Shown: in pieces, positions 42,585 to 57,958 of the stretch | Numbering within the stretch: position 1 is the first letter of the stretch | How the letters are laid out: every line of letters starts with the position of its first letter | Origin: Octopus vulgaris | Lineage: Eukaryota | Direction of reading: 5' to 3' | Assembly: GCA_951406725.2 (NCBI GenBank) | Contig: OX597814.1 | Location: 113,584,001 to 113,648,000 of the forward strand | DNA: 64,000 bases | Translations under genes and position numbers: made by a program | Notes under the pieces: model-generated | Told to the model about the DNA's origin: nothing | Databases searched by the model: none | What the model saw: the letters and a program-made list of their open reading frames with translations, nothing else

Positions 42585-42918
42585 TAAATGATAAACTACT
42601 GGAAAGTTTTACAAAATTTTACAGTTCCAGTCATGGACTGGATCGGTAGTCTTCGAATTAACTTTCTCCTTTCTGGTTTTGAGAAGCCTAATTTTTTCAA
42701 ATTTGGTATTTAGGCAGTGTGTTACATATCCCAGCCGATTCCCAGGGCCCTTCTAATTGCAGGTATCAACCTGAACTTGTAATCTGGATAGAATAACTGC
42801 AGCATTTTCAGTAGTTCAGCATAGGTGTTCTCTTTTTCTCCGATCTTCAGCTTTATCTTAACATCCACTGGGCAGTTAATTTCCACAACCTTGCACAGTT
42901 TCTCTTCCCTATCCCAAT
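42585..42918 (-). pseudogene. Fragment of a second REL-endonuclease LINE (R4/NeSL-like); probable 3' UTR at ~42150-42255
   Basis: [55 protein letters not shown]. Confidence 0.75.
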
Positions 42919-42979
42919 ATTTATGTATGTATATATGTAATGAATGTATGTGTGTATATGTATATAATGTATACGTATG

Positions 42980-43050
<71 letters not shown>

Positions 43051-43056
43051 ATATAC

Positions 43057-43120
<64 letters not shown>

Positions 43121-43219
43121 GCACAAGCATATATATATATATATACGATTATATATATTTATACACACACACATATATATGTAATGTGTATGTGTATGTA
43201 TATATATATATATATATAT

Positions 43220-43251
<32 letters not shown>

Positions 43252-45208
43252 AACTTACTCGTTACCAATTTTGCCCCTCCGCAAAAACCCAAATTATATT
43301 TTATTTGCTTTGAGGGAGCAACTGTTTTATTGAAGGGGTATCTTGTCGGTGAATTGATCGAAATACGATGTAGAAAAACAGCCGACAACTGATGAAGGGT
43401 CGTTCGTTATGTTGATTGTCTTGTCTTCCAATTCTTTCTTTCGTTGTTGCAAAAAAAGTTCATATTCCATGTATTCGTATCTCATGTTTTCGTTTTTGTT
43501 TTATATTGTTTATGTTCCATGACGTCCCGTGCCCACGTATGCATATGTATATATGTAAGTATGTACGTATACGTATGTATACATGCATATATATATTAGT
43601 TATATTATTATATGTGTGTGTGTGCGTGTGTGTGTGTGTATTATATACGTTATTTTAAGTGCAAGGCGGAAAAACATGGAATCAATGTGGAGGGGGGAAA
43701 ATTATTTTCACAAAAATTTCGTTATTGCACAAAGACCAAATGAACTTAAAGAGGAACATATACACAAATAAGGGAGAGAGAGAGGGTGGGGGGAATATTC
43801 TTCCTCTATGAATATTTTGATGTTAACGAGACTTAATTTTCTCGCGTCATTCTAAAGACGAATTGCTTAAGCTTCACAAGCTTTTAGTTATCTAGTTTGT
43901 GGAGTCCAAAGCACCAATTCTAAGTGTCTACACTATGGACATCTAGAATTGACTTTAAAATCCTATCCGATAATCCAGTTTATCCCTGGTTTAAATATAT
44001 TCCAATAGTGCCTATTTGCAATAATTCTTTCCAGTTTTCAATACAGGGCCCGTTTTCGGCACGGTCAGTTTTCACCAGTTTTCGGCACAGTGCCAGTTTT
44101 CAACACAGGGCCTAACACAGGACTAGTTTTCGGCACGAGGCCAGTTTTCGATACAAGGGAGTATCAATTACATTGACCCCAGTGTCTAACTGGGACTTTA
44201 TATTTTATTGTTCCCGAAACGATGAAATATGCAAAGCTGACCTCGGCGGATTTTGAACTCAGGACCTAAAAGACGAAACGCTGCGAAGCATTTTTCTCAA
44301 CGTGCTAAAGATTCTGCCAGCTTGCGACCTCATAAATACATAATAATTTTGCCATAAGACCATTAATTGCGGTGGTGGAGTAAGTCTATTTCATCGATCC
44401 CAGTACTCAACTGGTACCTATTTCCTCGACTCCGAAAGGATGAAAGGCAAAGTCGACATCGGCAGAATTTGAACTCAGAACTTAAAGACGGATGAAAAGC
44501 CGCTAAAGCACTTTGTCCGGCATGCTAATCATATTCTACCTCCTCGCTGCCTTACAAGTATAACTGAAATATTATTGCGATAAAGAAGTAGCTTGTACTA
44601 ACTTGACTTCCATGTCGCGTTTACTGTAAACCTGTTTTTACAGCATTTCTTTCTAAACCATCAAATTGTTTCTTAACAACTTCTCCGCCTCGAAAAAGAG
44701 AGAAAAACAACATAATTCTTTGGGGGTAAGGAGAGATAAAAAGCCATCAATTTGACGGCTCCTCCAGTTGTCTGCACTGTTTTAACTACACGTGGTAACG
44801 GATCTGAGGAGGCAATCTTTATACTTGCAAGGAGGTCTAATTAAGGATGTCATTTTACGATAGAGGTTAACGTTAGAAGAACTCTTGTTGGGGTTTAAGA
44901 GAGTGTATATAAAATGTGTATAGGAAAATGTGGCTGACCACATTTGGTGCAAGATTATGTCGTCTTCAAACCGATAAAAGGTCGAATGAGCGAGAGGAAC
45001 AAAGAATAAGGGTGTGGGGGTTAGGGAAGGGGGTTGTTTCAGGAAATAAATCCGCCATTGTGTATCTTACTAACGAAGGATCTGTGATGTTAACCAGATA
45101 TACACATTAAAGCTTCTGGCTATCTGAAAGACATGTATGTAATTTAATGTACGTACGTATGGATGCATGCATATACACACACATATAGATATGCATGTAT
45201 ATAAATAA

Positions 45209-45239
<31 letters not shown>

Positions 45240-45573
45240 TATAAATACATATATACATATATCTACATATATATATATGTGTGTACACAGACACGCGCGT
45301 ACACATACATATGTAGCTATACATACACGCATGCGCACACTCGCACACTCACACCGCCATCCCCTACCTCTCAGCGATATATCACCTCTTTATTATCTCC
45401 ATTTCCGAAGTATTTGCGGTGAACCCCATCTTATTTCTCATCTAAATATGAAGTGCTTCGTACTTTTGTACTTTTTTATGAATGGTTTTAAGAAAGGGAA
45501 AGAAAGAGTCGTTATAAGAATGATCTTTTTCGCTACCCAGATCACCACCACCACTACTGCTGCAGCCGCTGCA

Positions 45574-45628
<55 letters not shown>

Positions 45629-45670
45629 TTGCTATTACTACAACTACTACTATTACAACTGCCGCTGCTG

Positions 45671-45731
<61 letters not shown>

Positions 45732-46589
45732 TACTATATTGCCTTTAGTTATTGTTGTAGTGAATGTGAATTTACCAATGTACGTTTTGGGTGGAAAACT
45801 GAATTCGTATTTTTTTTCCTCTGTAACTTCGAAGTTCTGTGTGTGACACACCGAAACCATTAGCAATAGAATGATGTTGTTGTTATTGTTGTTTATTTAG
45901 TCCCAAATTAACTCTGCTTGTGTAGATAAGACTTCAAGATCGAAGACTTTGCTGTTTCCAGTTCGGGACATCATGTCTTTATTCTATTTTTAGGTATTGC
46001 GTATCTAGGACTAAATCCATTCTCTGTGACCTCCCTTTCTCAACACGACATCGTTTGGGCGACTCGTTGTTATTGTTGAGTATGATGATGATGATGATGA
46101 TGATAATGCTGCTGATGATTGTGATAATGATGATGACGATGATGACGACGACGACGATGGTGATAGTGATAGTGATGATGATGATGATAATGATAATAGC
46201 GATGATAATGACGATGATAATGATAATGATGCTGGTGATTGTGATGATAGTGATGATGATAACGATGATGATGAGTATGTTGATAATGATGATGGTGATG
46301 ATGATTTTGACGACGATATTGGTAACGATATGATTTCGTGATGATCTCGGCCATTTATACACTTTGGAAACCCGTAACCGTCCCAATGAGACAGCAATGT
46401 TCCCTTACAAACATGTCCGCAACAATCTGTCTTAAACTTTAATGCAACCCACACACATTCCCGTAACGAGGTTTAACCGATTGAATCAATCCTAATATTA
46501 CTTTTGAACTTACTTCCGTACGAACGGAAGAAAAATCAAGGCCGAACCTTGTACCCACTCTTCGCATATGAATTTTAAAGAAGAGGTCA

Positions 46590-47150
46590 GTTGATGTCAG
46601 ATGTGGGGTGTGCGCCGTTACAGCCGCAATATGTCGGTATCTGCTCTGGTCATTATGGGCAACCCTCCGAGTAGTGTCCTTGTCCATCCCCATCTCCGCC
46701 AGATACTACTTCATCCGCCGTGACGTTGTGACATGAGGTCGACCAAACCCAGCGGTCATCCCCGCCGGATCCTCAGTGAAGAGAACACGATACGCTGGGC
46801 GCAACTCGGAAAATCGAGCAATATGACTAAACTGTCTAAGCAGATATTTCCGAATCATACAAGCAACAGGACGCATCCCAATTTCTGAGCTGAGTCGTTG
46901 GTCCGATACGAAACTCGTCTAAGGGTAACCCATAATCTTGGGAAACGTCCTGGTACGAAAAGAGTTCAGTCGGCCATGAACTGAGACCTTACTTAATAAT
47001 AAATCGCCTTATACACGTGAACCGCGAGAATCTAAACAATAACTTTCAAATATATTCATAAGATGTCCTGATGCTCCACCAGATTCGAACGTGAATATGC
47101 TAATCGCTTCACAGACGAACAACGCCTTTACTGCGAATGTTCATTCATAA
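46590..47150 (-). pseudogene. Old RTE-clade LINE 3' fragment
   Basis: Minus strand reads RLNSFRTRTFPKIMGYP*TSFVSDQRLSSEIGMRPVACMIRKYLLRQFSHIARF...GRPHVT...YLAEMGMD. Confidence 0.7.
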
Positions 47151-47291
47151 CACACAGGATTCCTTGCGCTAATGGAGCTATTCTCTTGTGATAAAACATA
47201 GCAGCGATTAGCATACTCACGTTCGAATCTCACGAAACGTATTTAAAATGAATATCCAAGTCATCGTTACGATATCACATTGGCTCTCAGC

Positions 47292-47615
47292 CAGTGTCTA
47301 AATTATCCCTGGAGGTCCATTTAAGATTTTTCGGGGTCCACGCAAGCATAGTAAATTGGAAACGCACTATAGTACTTTAAGTGTCTTTGAATAAATGTTG
47401 CTTTAGACCTATCCATTGCAAAAATAAGTTAGGTTCATTTCTATAATATTTTATGTAGTTCAACCTACACAAAGTTAATGCGTGAATAACAAAACAGGAA
47501 CTTTGAAAGAAGTATCTATTAAACTAATTTTTAAACACCGAATGGCTATGGGGGTCCTCCAGAATAAAATAACAATCATGGGGTTTATAGGTAAAAAAAT
47601 GGTTTAGAACCACTA
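47292..47615. mobile_element. hAT-like MITE remnant
   Basis: Right end aaaatggtttagaaccacta, degenerate left end cagtg, and subterminal ggggtcc motifs. Confidence 0.45.
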
Positions 47616-48194
47616 TGGTGTAACTAACAACCACAGAGAACTATTGTCCAGTAGTGTGTTACCATTTTTACGACTTCTCCATCCTCAACGCCATCTCGAA
47701 ATGATACACAGCTCTGTACATCATAAACGAATCCAGCAGGAATTATAGGACCAAAATAAATTTCTGTTTAACTTGGTTCTTTGTTTGTAACATAAGTTCC
47801 TATGTTATATATTTATTTACTTTTAAATTTTACTTTGTAACCGATCTTTGGCAATTTTACTTGAAATTTACACAGAATTTCAATAGTTTTCCTAAACATA
47901 ATACTTTGCACACACACATGCTCATACACACCAAAACATATACATATACGTATATATGAATGTATGTGCTTATATACGCATGTTTATAAACATATTCACA
48001 CACACATACACACACATACATTGGTGTGTGTATGTGTGTGTGTTTATGGCTCTCCACAGCCATAAATCATTCACACTGTAGGCCTATTCTTTGCAGAGAA
48101 GAGATGAAACAGTGAATCAATTCTGAAATCTTCACCTCGAGTTTCCCCATAACGTATCTCGAATAAAAACACATTTTTTTTTAGAATTCAGCAT

Positions 48195-48231
<37 letters not shown>

Positions 48232-48417
48232 ATGATATATGTATGAAATGTATGTATATATCTTTGATATGTGTCTGCACAAACACACACATGAATATAT
48301 GTATATATATGTGTATATATATATATGTATATATGTATATATGTATAAATGTGTATATTTGTATATATGTTATAAGTATATATATGTTATATATATGTGT
48401 GTGTGTATATATATATG

Positions 48418-48472
<55 letters not shown>

Positions 48473-48563
48473 TTTATATATATATATATATATTAATATA
48501 TATATATGTATATTTTAATATATATATATATTAATATATATATATGTATATTTTAATATATAT

Positions 48564-48648
<85 letters not shown>

Positions 48649-48944
48649 ATCTTTCCGTATATATTTGTCTACACACAGGCGCGTGTGTATCCGTATGTGT
48701 GGTGTGTGTGTGTGTGCATGTGCCTGCGTACATGTATATACTTATATATGTACATAAAAAAGCAAGTCATAAAAACTTCATTTTGCCTCTCAAAGAACAA
48801 TGGAGTCTTATAGTTAACCTCTAAAACAGCAAGGAGTCCAGAAACCTTACCCACGAGCTTATGTTCGTTAACATAACAGCTTAACCATCATCCAGCTATG
48901 ACTACACGGGCACCAAAAACATTTAACGAAAGCATAGTACATGT

Positions 48945-49552
48945 TACAAAGTTACAAATAATGTAAAACGGGTTCTCTGTGATCATATCCAACGAAAATG
49001 ACAATGGTTAGTGGCCATTAGAAAAGGAACAATCCACCTCCAAACTAGGACTACATCCACCAAAACGATAAGCTCTGATTGGTGGGATATAAAGCGAGCC
49101 ATTTATTATGAAGTGTTAAAGCAAAACGAGAGATTACGGCAAAGTATTGTCAATTGGAAATATTACACACAAATATGCTGAAAAGGTGGGGATGTTGCTC
49201 ACGACTACACGTTCTCCAAATAACTCAGAGAAAAATTACGACGCTTAATATGGAAGATGTGCTTCAGCCTCCTTATTCTTTGCTCCATCTGACTGCCATC
49301 TTTTCAAATCATTGCAACTGTATTTAGAGAGAAAGCAGTTGATTAATCGTGAACAAACTGAAAAGGATATTGAGTGTTTCTTTGCGTTGAAACCTGAAGA
49401 ATTCTACGCCCGAGAATGAGAAATTTGCGAAATATACGGGATTATGTTATCAATAATGGAGAGATATTATTTTGTATATCCATTAAGAGCAAAGAAACAA
49501 ACGTTTCTTTGCCATCATGAAATACGATTAGGCTTTCTAACTAATCCAATAT
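48945..49552 (+). pseudogene. Decayed mariner transposase (catalytic domain and C-terminus) with right TIR
   Basis: Pieces: GLHPPK, WWDIKRAIYYEVLK, VLQPPYS, APSDCHLFKSLQ, FFALKPEEFY, YVINNG. Ends ctttctaactaatccaata-TA. Confidence 0.85.
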
Positions 49553-49615
49553 AAATATATTTAGCCACGCGCATGTGTGGGTGTGTGTCTGCGTGTGTGA
49601 ATGAATTAATTAATG

Positions 49616-49646
<31 letters not shown>

Positions 49647-51321
49647 GTATGTATGTATGAATAAGCTCATATATATGTATAAATACACACACACATATAT
49701 GTGTGTGTGAGTATATATATATATATATATATGGAACCCTCGTTGTCGTAACCGATGGAATACCATGGATATATAGATATACTTTATTTAAAAGCAGCAG
49801 GAATTTAACAAAAGCTGTTACTCGGAGTTCCGTGGCACTCCGTCGGTTAAGACAACGAAGGTTCCAGGTGATCTGATCAACGGAACAGCCTACTTGTGAA
49901 ATTAACGTGCAAGTGGCTGAGCACTCCACAGAACATGTACCCGTAACGTAGTTCTCTTACCACACAGCCACTCCAGATTTTTAGTTTCTGGGGATTTGTT
50001 GTGTATATATCATTAGTTTTCAGTTTCAAAGTGCAAGTAGTTTGCATATTTTCAAATGAATTAACCAATACTGTGTGCTACAGCGACTACAAACTATAGG
50101 GCTACACAATAAATTCATGCACAAACGAAAGAAGAATTGTACCTGCGTTTCAGTTTCTCTTTAACAAGTCATTGTGTACTAGAAATACATTTTCAATCTA
50201 GCTGATAAAAAACAAAATAATTTAAATACGCAAATTAGTCTACATGTTTTACTTTAAATATGCAAATTAGTCTATATGATTTACTTTAATCCCTGATATG
50301 AGTCGGGTTTCCAGGCTGTGTGTTCAAGAGGTAGAAGTTACTGACGATGCTCTTAACAAGAATTGAAACGTCCGTACATCGTCCTTTTCGGCCCAATAAT
50401 ATTTTTTTGTACAGTGATAGAGTAGATCGAGCCGAAAAGATCCTGGTACAAGAAGATAGTAAGCATCAAACATGTACACGGCTTGTATTGATGACAAAAA
50501 GCAGACGATACTTGATCAACAAGATTTATTAACCGGCAAATGTTGTACACTTCGTTCTATATCGAATTAATTTCAAAAAGATGACCTCCATTATACAACT
50601 CACGGTTTAGCAATAAAGACGGCTAAGTATGCGAATATAAAATTAAAGAGTGAAGGGAATGGAGAAGGTAAATCCAGATTACATGTTTCCAAGACAATAC
50701 TAACATATTTTATGTAACTCGTAACAAACACACACATATATATAAATGTATATATATATATATATATATTCAGCCAAGCTCTATTTCATATTTAATTACT
50801 TGCAGTTATAATCCATCGTCGCCAGCAGCAACGTGAATATATATAATATATATACACGCATGCACGCACATATATATTTATATATACACACATATATTAT
50901 ATAATACACACATATATTATATAATCTTTCATCACCGCTTAATGACAATACATTGAAAATGATATTTCAGGGCTATCATTTGCTATTGATTGTGGTTTCA
51001 AAGACTAATATAAAAGATTATATATATATATATATATATATATGTTATGATAAAACTAAAACTAAAAACAATGTTTTAACATTTATTTATTATCGCGATC
51101 CGTATCGAATATTTTAGACTAGACGATATTGTGTTCTGGCAGAAGAATTCCAGTTATTTGAGGTTTCTAAAATGGCGTACTTAAAGATAAATTACACCCA
51201 ATTTGAAGTTTGAAATAGGGAGGTTTTGACTTCCTGGTTGTATTCCTGTTTCATCTGCTGCCAATTTTGTAGAGAAAGAGCAAATGAGAAATAATGTCTG
51301 CTGGTTACTGACCGAATAAAC

Positions 51322-51401
<80 letters not shown>

Positions 51402-51422
51402 TATATATAAACACATACACAC

Positions 51423-51470
<48 letters not shown>

Positions 51471-51504
51471 ATAAACACATACACTCATATGTATATATAT
51501 GTAT

Positions 51505-51536
<32 letters not shown>

Positions 51537-52296
51537 GGATGTTTGTGTGTGTATATATATTGACACACACATATTAGTGCGTGCGAGAGTAATATACATA
51601 CATAATTATATGTCTATATATACATATACATGTATGCGTATACTACTTGTATATTTACTATACGTGTATATATATATATGCATGTATGTACGCATGCATG
51701 TACATGTAAACATATATGTATATGGATGCTCAGAAGCATGTATGCACACAAGAAAATTTATACATACATATATTATTATACACACGCTCACATAATTTAT
51801 CCACATATATAACTATATATGTGTTAAGAATATATCTATCTGTGTGCGTATGTGTGTGTGTGTGCTTATGTACATACAAGCGTGTAAGCGTCCATATATA
51901 CATGTATATGCCTACCAGCAGTGGCCTATTTCTTGTCAAAAATGTTTAGTTACGAACGTGCCTCGGCTGGTGTTTTCCCGGATGTACCCCAACAAAATCT
52001 TCTTAGATATGGCCAAAACTATCTGTCAAGACAGACGGAAATTATACTTACAAATACAGGAGTTGATCATATACACACAGACACGTGTGTATTCCTACAC
52101 ATAGCAACATATACGGGAACCACACTCACAAACACACACACACATACACACGTTTACACGTAAGCATATGTGCGCATGCGCCCATGTAGAGAAACTTGTA
52201 CATGTACCGATACACGTGCACTCGAGTACGAAAAGCTGTACACATATTCACACATCCATATAAATATCAAATGCAGACACTACATATCGTTGTGCG

Positions 52297-52344
<48 letters not shown>

Positions 52345-52670
52345 ATATGAAATTAAATTTTTGCATATTTGTATAGCATGTGTATGTATGTATGTACATA
52401 AATACAGACATTCGTACTATGTACGTACGTAATATGTATGTAGAGGAGAAAGTGAGTGTTTATCACTGCACATTTATATGTATTATTTGCATGTATATGT
52501 ATATATATGTATGTATATATGTGTGTGTGTGTGTATATACATACATCCACACGCATATATATTTATATGTAGGGTGATATGTGTGTGTTTATGAATACAT
52601 ATACATGCGTATATAGATACATTTTACACACACATACACATGTTTACATAAGCACTCTCTCGTGCCGACG

Positions 52671-52739
<69 letters not shown>

Positions 52740-52879
52740 GTCTGTGTGTGTGTGTGTGTTTATGTGTGTGTGTATATGAATCCATATGCATTCATATGTA
52801 AATACATGTACACACACACATATGCACACATATTTACATACATACACACTCTCTCAGCCGACATGTGTCTGTGCATGTA

Positions 52880-52914
<35 letters not shown>

Positions 52915-53362
52915 ATGTTTATACTTCAGTCTGTGACGGTATGCATATTGCGTTTGTATTTTGAGTTATAAACAAAACGTAGTTTAACCAAAATTTGAAA
53001 GTTAATCGCAAGAATTATGAGGGGGGAATAGTATGAGGTAAACGAAGGAGGTAGGAGCAGTATGCTTGATATCAGCTGTTACAGCTGGATGTAACCAGTC
53101 TCAACACATTCATTATAGCCACAGGTATGAACGAGAGTGCTATTGTGAAGTCGCTGGACACGCTAGAAATAGCAGTGACTCTTCGACATAGCGCGTCCTG
53201 GCGCATTGAAAATGGATACACTGTGTGATATAATCTATGCTACTATATATCTGAAAAATCGTGGTGATGGTCATGGTGTAGATGCTTTTGAGCTGAGGTC
53301 TGCATGATCGGGAAAAATTTTGGGTCGAAGCAGCATCATCTATATGGCTATTATCATGCATA

Positions 53363-53615
<253 letters not shown>

Positions 53616-54151
53616 TTGATGCAGATTCTCTGCTCAACTTTCTCTGTCATGGTCAATGCGACAATCCCACATTACACACCTTCCTTCCAAGCACTGCTGT
53701 AAACAGGGTACGTGAGCTAGAACGTTAAGATTTAGTGCTCATCTACAGCAGAGTTCACGTTCAATCTGTGCCATGCGTATTCCCTCTGGGTGCTTTAGTT
53801 TCGTTACTATGGCAGCAGTGCGGATATTTATCAGGGAAATCGGAACCATCTGTGATTTATTTTTGATCTTCGATATAAATGAAGATATTTTCTTCGTTTT
53901 GCTGCTTTTCTTCCTACAAAATGAGAAGATACATTGCGGAACCGTTATTTTTACGGGTTGTGTCTATTTATCACCCGATGACACACATCTACACCTGCTC
54001 CTGCAGCTGTTGCTGAGTGTCCCACCTATGAGGGATCGATGCTAGATGTATCGAAACAATTGTCGTGATTTATAAAAGAAATTCTCGTATATTCTATCTT
54101 CTGCCTTTCATTTACTGTGATTATACATACTCCATCTCTCTCTTTCACTCT

Positions 54152-54213
<62 letters not shown>

Positions 54214-54241
54214 ACAATGTAGAATAAATAATATAGGATAT

Positions 54242-54460
54242 ATAAGGGAATGCTGAAAAGTCTCGCTTTAAGATTATCGCGAAAGGCCTGGTTGTAGGCC
54301 CAACCTTCCGAGTTATTTTACAGGACTTAGAAAAACTGAAGGATCACTGCAATAAGTGTGCGAATCTGAGGGGGGAATATGTTGAATAAAATCATATTTA
54401 ACTGATCCTCCTGTATTTTCTTTTGGCGAAATCCAGGAACTTTTGAGCACCCCTCGTGTA
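54242..54460 (+). mobile_element. Mariner-derived MITE
   Basis: Imperfect TIRs (ataagggaatgctgaaaagt / actttttgagcacccctcgt). Internal LEKLKDHCNKCANLRGEYVE* resembles a mariner C-terminus. Confidence 0.8.
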
Positions 54461-54654
54461 CAAATCTATATAATGTAAATATGTACATATAGTTCTCTAC
54501 CATTTTAAGAACATTATCAATTAAACAACTGAGACAATTTTCAGGACAAATAATTGAATAAAAAAAATGAAAGACAAAGAAATCTTACATATCCGATGTA
54601 AGGAGACAAGTCCAGGTAGATATCAATTTAGTCGTAAATTTGATTCTGATCACA

Positions 54655-55120
54655 TCATCATCCTAATCATCCTCATCGTCATCATCCGCTTTCCATGGTA
54701 GCATGGGTCGGACGATTTGACTGAGGGCTGGCGAACCAGATGGCTGCACCAGACTCCAATCTGATCTGGCAGAGTTTCTACAGCTGGATGCCAACCACTC
54801 CGAGAGTGTAGTGGGTGCTTTTATGCGCCACCTGCACAGGAGCCAGTCCAGCGGCACTGGCAACGACCTCGCTCGAATGTTTCTTCACGTGCCACCGGCA
54901 CAAGTGCCAGTAAGGCGACGCTGGTAACGATCACGCTCGAATGGTGCGTTTTACATGCAACTGGCATGGAAGCCAGTTAGCTGCTCTGGCAACGATCACG
55001 CTTGGATGATGCTTTTAGCGCTCCACTAGCATGGATGCCAGTCATCGAATTTGATTTCGATTTCACTTGCTTCAACAGGTCTCCGCAAGCAGAGTTTAGT
55101 GTCCAATGAAGGAAGGGAAA
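54655..55120 (-). mobile_element. RTE-type 3' UTR with about four tandem ~60-bp units
   Basis: Reverse complement of the 22030-22460 family. Confidence 0.82.
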
Positions 55121-55232
55121 GGAAAGGGACGGCCACACACACACACACACAGTATTAATTCCAGTTAAATTACTTAATGTAGTAGGTTCCGAGAAAATGT
55201 AATAAAGTATACAATGGAAACAGATATAATAA

Positions 55233-55645
55233 TCTCTTTGCTCTTTTACTTGTTTCATACTCTTTTGCTTGTTTCAATCATTTGACAGTGGCCATGCTGG
55301 AGCACCGCCTTTAGTCGAGCAAATCGACCCCAGGACTTGTTCTTTGCAAGCCTAGTACTTATTCTATCGGTCTCTTTTGCCAAACCGCTAAGTTACGGGG
55401 ACGTAAACACACCAGATCGGTTGTCAAGCGATGTTAGGGGGACACACGAACATATACACACACATACATATATACATATATACGACGGGCTTCTTTCAGT
55501 TTCCGTCTACCAAATCCACTCACAAGGCTTTGGTCGGCCCGAGGCTATAGTAGAAGACACTTGCCCAAGGTGCCACGCAGTGGGACTGAACCCGGGACCA
55601 TGTGGTTGGTAAGCAAGCTATTTACCACACAGCCACTCCTACGCC
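55233..55645 (-). mobile_element. Full-length SINE family A, ~200 bp upstream of the T-box exon
   Basis: Head ggcgtaggagtggctgtgtggtaa..., B-box-like gggttcagtccc, internal microsatellite and complete tail. Confidence 0.93.
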
Positions 55646-55842
55646 TTTATTTATTTATCCATATAAATAAATAATTTTCCGACATATGTTTCTGGTTAGC
55701 TTGAATGTGTGCGTGTGTGTGTGTGCGTGAATATTTGCGTTCGCTAGTACTTATGAGTATGTTTGCAAAAAACAAAGCCACTCACATCCATCCAGAACAA
55801 AATAATTGCTTCTAACTCATACTTTTATTTTCCTCATTGCAG

Positions 55843-56116
55843 GCGGATGTTCCCAACGTTCCAAGTTCGTCTCTACGGGCTCGATCCGATGGTGGATTAC
55901 ATGGTCATGATGGATTTTGTGCCTTGTGACGACAAACGCTATCGCTATTCGTTCCACAGTTCCAGTTGGATAGTGTCAGGGAAATCGGAGCCCTATGTTC
56001 CTGGACGGTTCCATATTCACCCTGATTCCCCTGCTAAAGGAGCGCAATGGATGAAACAGATTGTGGCTTTCGATAAACTCAAACTGACCAATAACCCTAA
56101 AGATTTAAACGGACAT
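55843..56116 (+). CDS. Tbx1: T-box transcription factor (Tbx1/10 subfamily), core T-box exon
   Basis: ttgcAG acceptor (55841-42). AG+G completes the Arg codon in frame with the previous exon. Encodes [42 protein letters not shown]...[29 protein letters not shown]. The motifs MFPTFQV, FHSSSW and DSPAKGAQW are Tbx1/10-typical. GTAAGT donor at 56117 (phase 0). Confidence 0.96.
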
Positions 56117-56939
56117 GTAAGTATATAGTGTGTCTATTTGTGTGTGTGTGTGTGTGTGAATGTATGTGTCTGTGTTGGTATATATAAGCGTATATATACA
56201 TGTCTATATTATTGCGTATATATATATATATATATATATATATACGCTATAATATAGACATGTATATATACGCTTATATATACCAACACAGACACGTTTA
56301 TGTATATCTATGTATTTATACGTATGTGTTTGTGTCTGGGTATACATATACGTATGAATGTATGTATGTTGCTTAATGTCTAATGAACAACAAAGGAGTG
56401 CTCGATACATGTTTACAATACTTGTATTAAAATTAATTTTGAAGCCGAGAGTGTGTTTTGCAATGACATGAAACTCCAGTCGCGGGACACACTTTTAGCT
56501 TAGTTTGTGTGTGTGTCTCTTCGATACAACCAGAACACGAATGCAACTTCTGTTCTGTCTGAAGAAACGAAAACTTGTAATAGTATTCCTCTTAAAATCC
56601 ATGGATTTTTTTCAAATCATATTTGTAATATCCTGTGGATGGAGAACACAACAACTAAATCATGAGATTTGTGGAAACGTACGTAGCAATGCATCAAAGA
56701 ATTTATGAATTTCTATCCAAACGTTCTTTTTATTACAACACTCATTCTATACTATAGCATCACCAAACTGATAAACTTCCCATAAGATTACTCTGGGAGA
56801 AGGGCACAGTAAGAATTAGACGAATAAATAAATAACATAGGCCCTTTTTTTTTAGCTCAATCAAAAAACGATTCACGTTCATGAATTTGAAGGATATATA
56901 TATATATATATATATCTCCTTCAAATATATATATGTATG

Positions 56940-56970
<31 letters not shown>

Positions 56971-57063
56971 ATATGTATGTATGTATATATATATGTATAT
57001 ATGTATGTATGTATATATGTATGTATGTATGTATATATGTATGTATGTATATATGTATGTATG

Positions 57064-57094
<31 letters not shown>

Positions 57095-57167
57095 GTATGT
57101 ATATATATGTATATGTATATATGTATGTATATATGTATGTATATATATATGTATGTATATATATGCA

Positions 57168-57490
57168 TACAATAATCCCTCGACTATCGCGGGTGTCGTG
57201 TTCCAAAACCTCCCACAGAAATAATTAAAATCTATTTATTTGTATGTTATAAAATGATGAAATTTTCTTTTAAAAAACATAACAGAACAAATAAATTATA
57301 TATCAGTTGATCAGAAATTCTAAGCATTTGGTTAAATGCTTAGAACATCTGATCAGCTAGGTGATAGGACTGAAACAGATATGTAGGTTCCTTTATTTTA
57401 TTTTTTGAGCTTTACAGTTTGTAATCAATATATTTGTAATGTTGTTTCTTAAAAGAAAATTTCATCATTTTATAACATACAAATAAATTA
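57168..57490. mobile_element. Palindromic DNA-transposon derivative (Tigger/pogo-like end)
   Basis: TA-caataatccctcgactatcgcgg end, inverted arms ~57234-57290 / 57435-57488, inner hairpin 57304-57358. Confidence 0.55.
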
Positions 57491-57749
57491 TTCATACATC
57501 CATTTTTCTCTCTATTTCTTTTATTCTCTGAATAGTGATGATATATAATTTCAATAATTCCTAGCATATACCCGTGACTTTCGCATTATATGATAGGGAC
57601 TAACCTGTGGAATACCTTGGATTATATAATCTCTAATCAGGATATAACTTCCTCGAATTAACTCTTCCAAATTAATTAATTTCACCCTGTATCTATATAT
57701 ATGTATGTGTGTTACACACATATATGTGTTTGTACACATATATATGTAT

Positions 57750-57817
<68 letters not shown>

Positions 57818-57922
57818 AAAGCAAGAATGGATCAATATATACAATATATATATATCCATATTTGTAATCACCCCACTTTGTCGTATAAAACACAATAAGT
57901 ACCAAATTCATGTGAATTCAAT

Positions 57923-57958
<36 letters not shown>

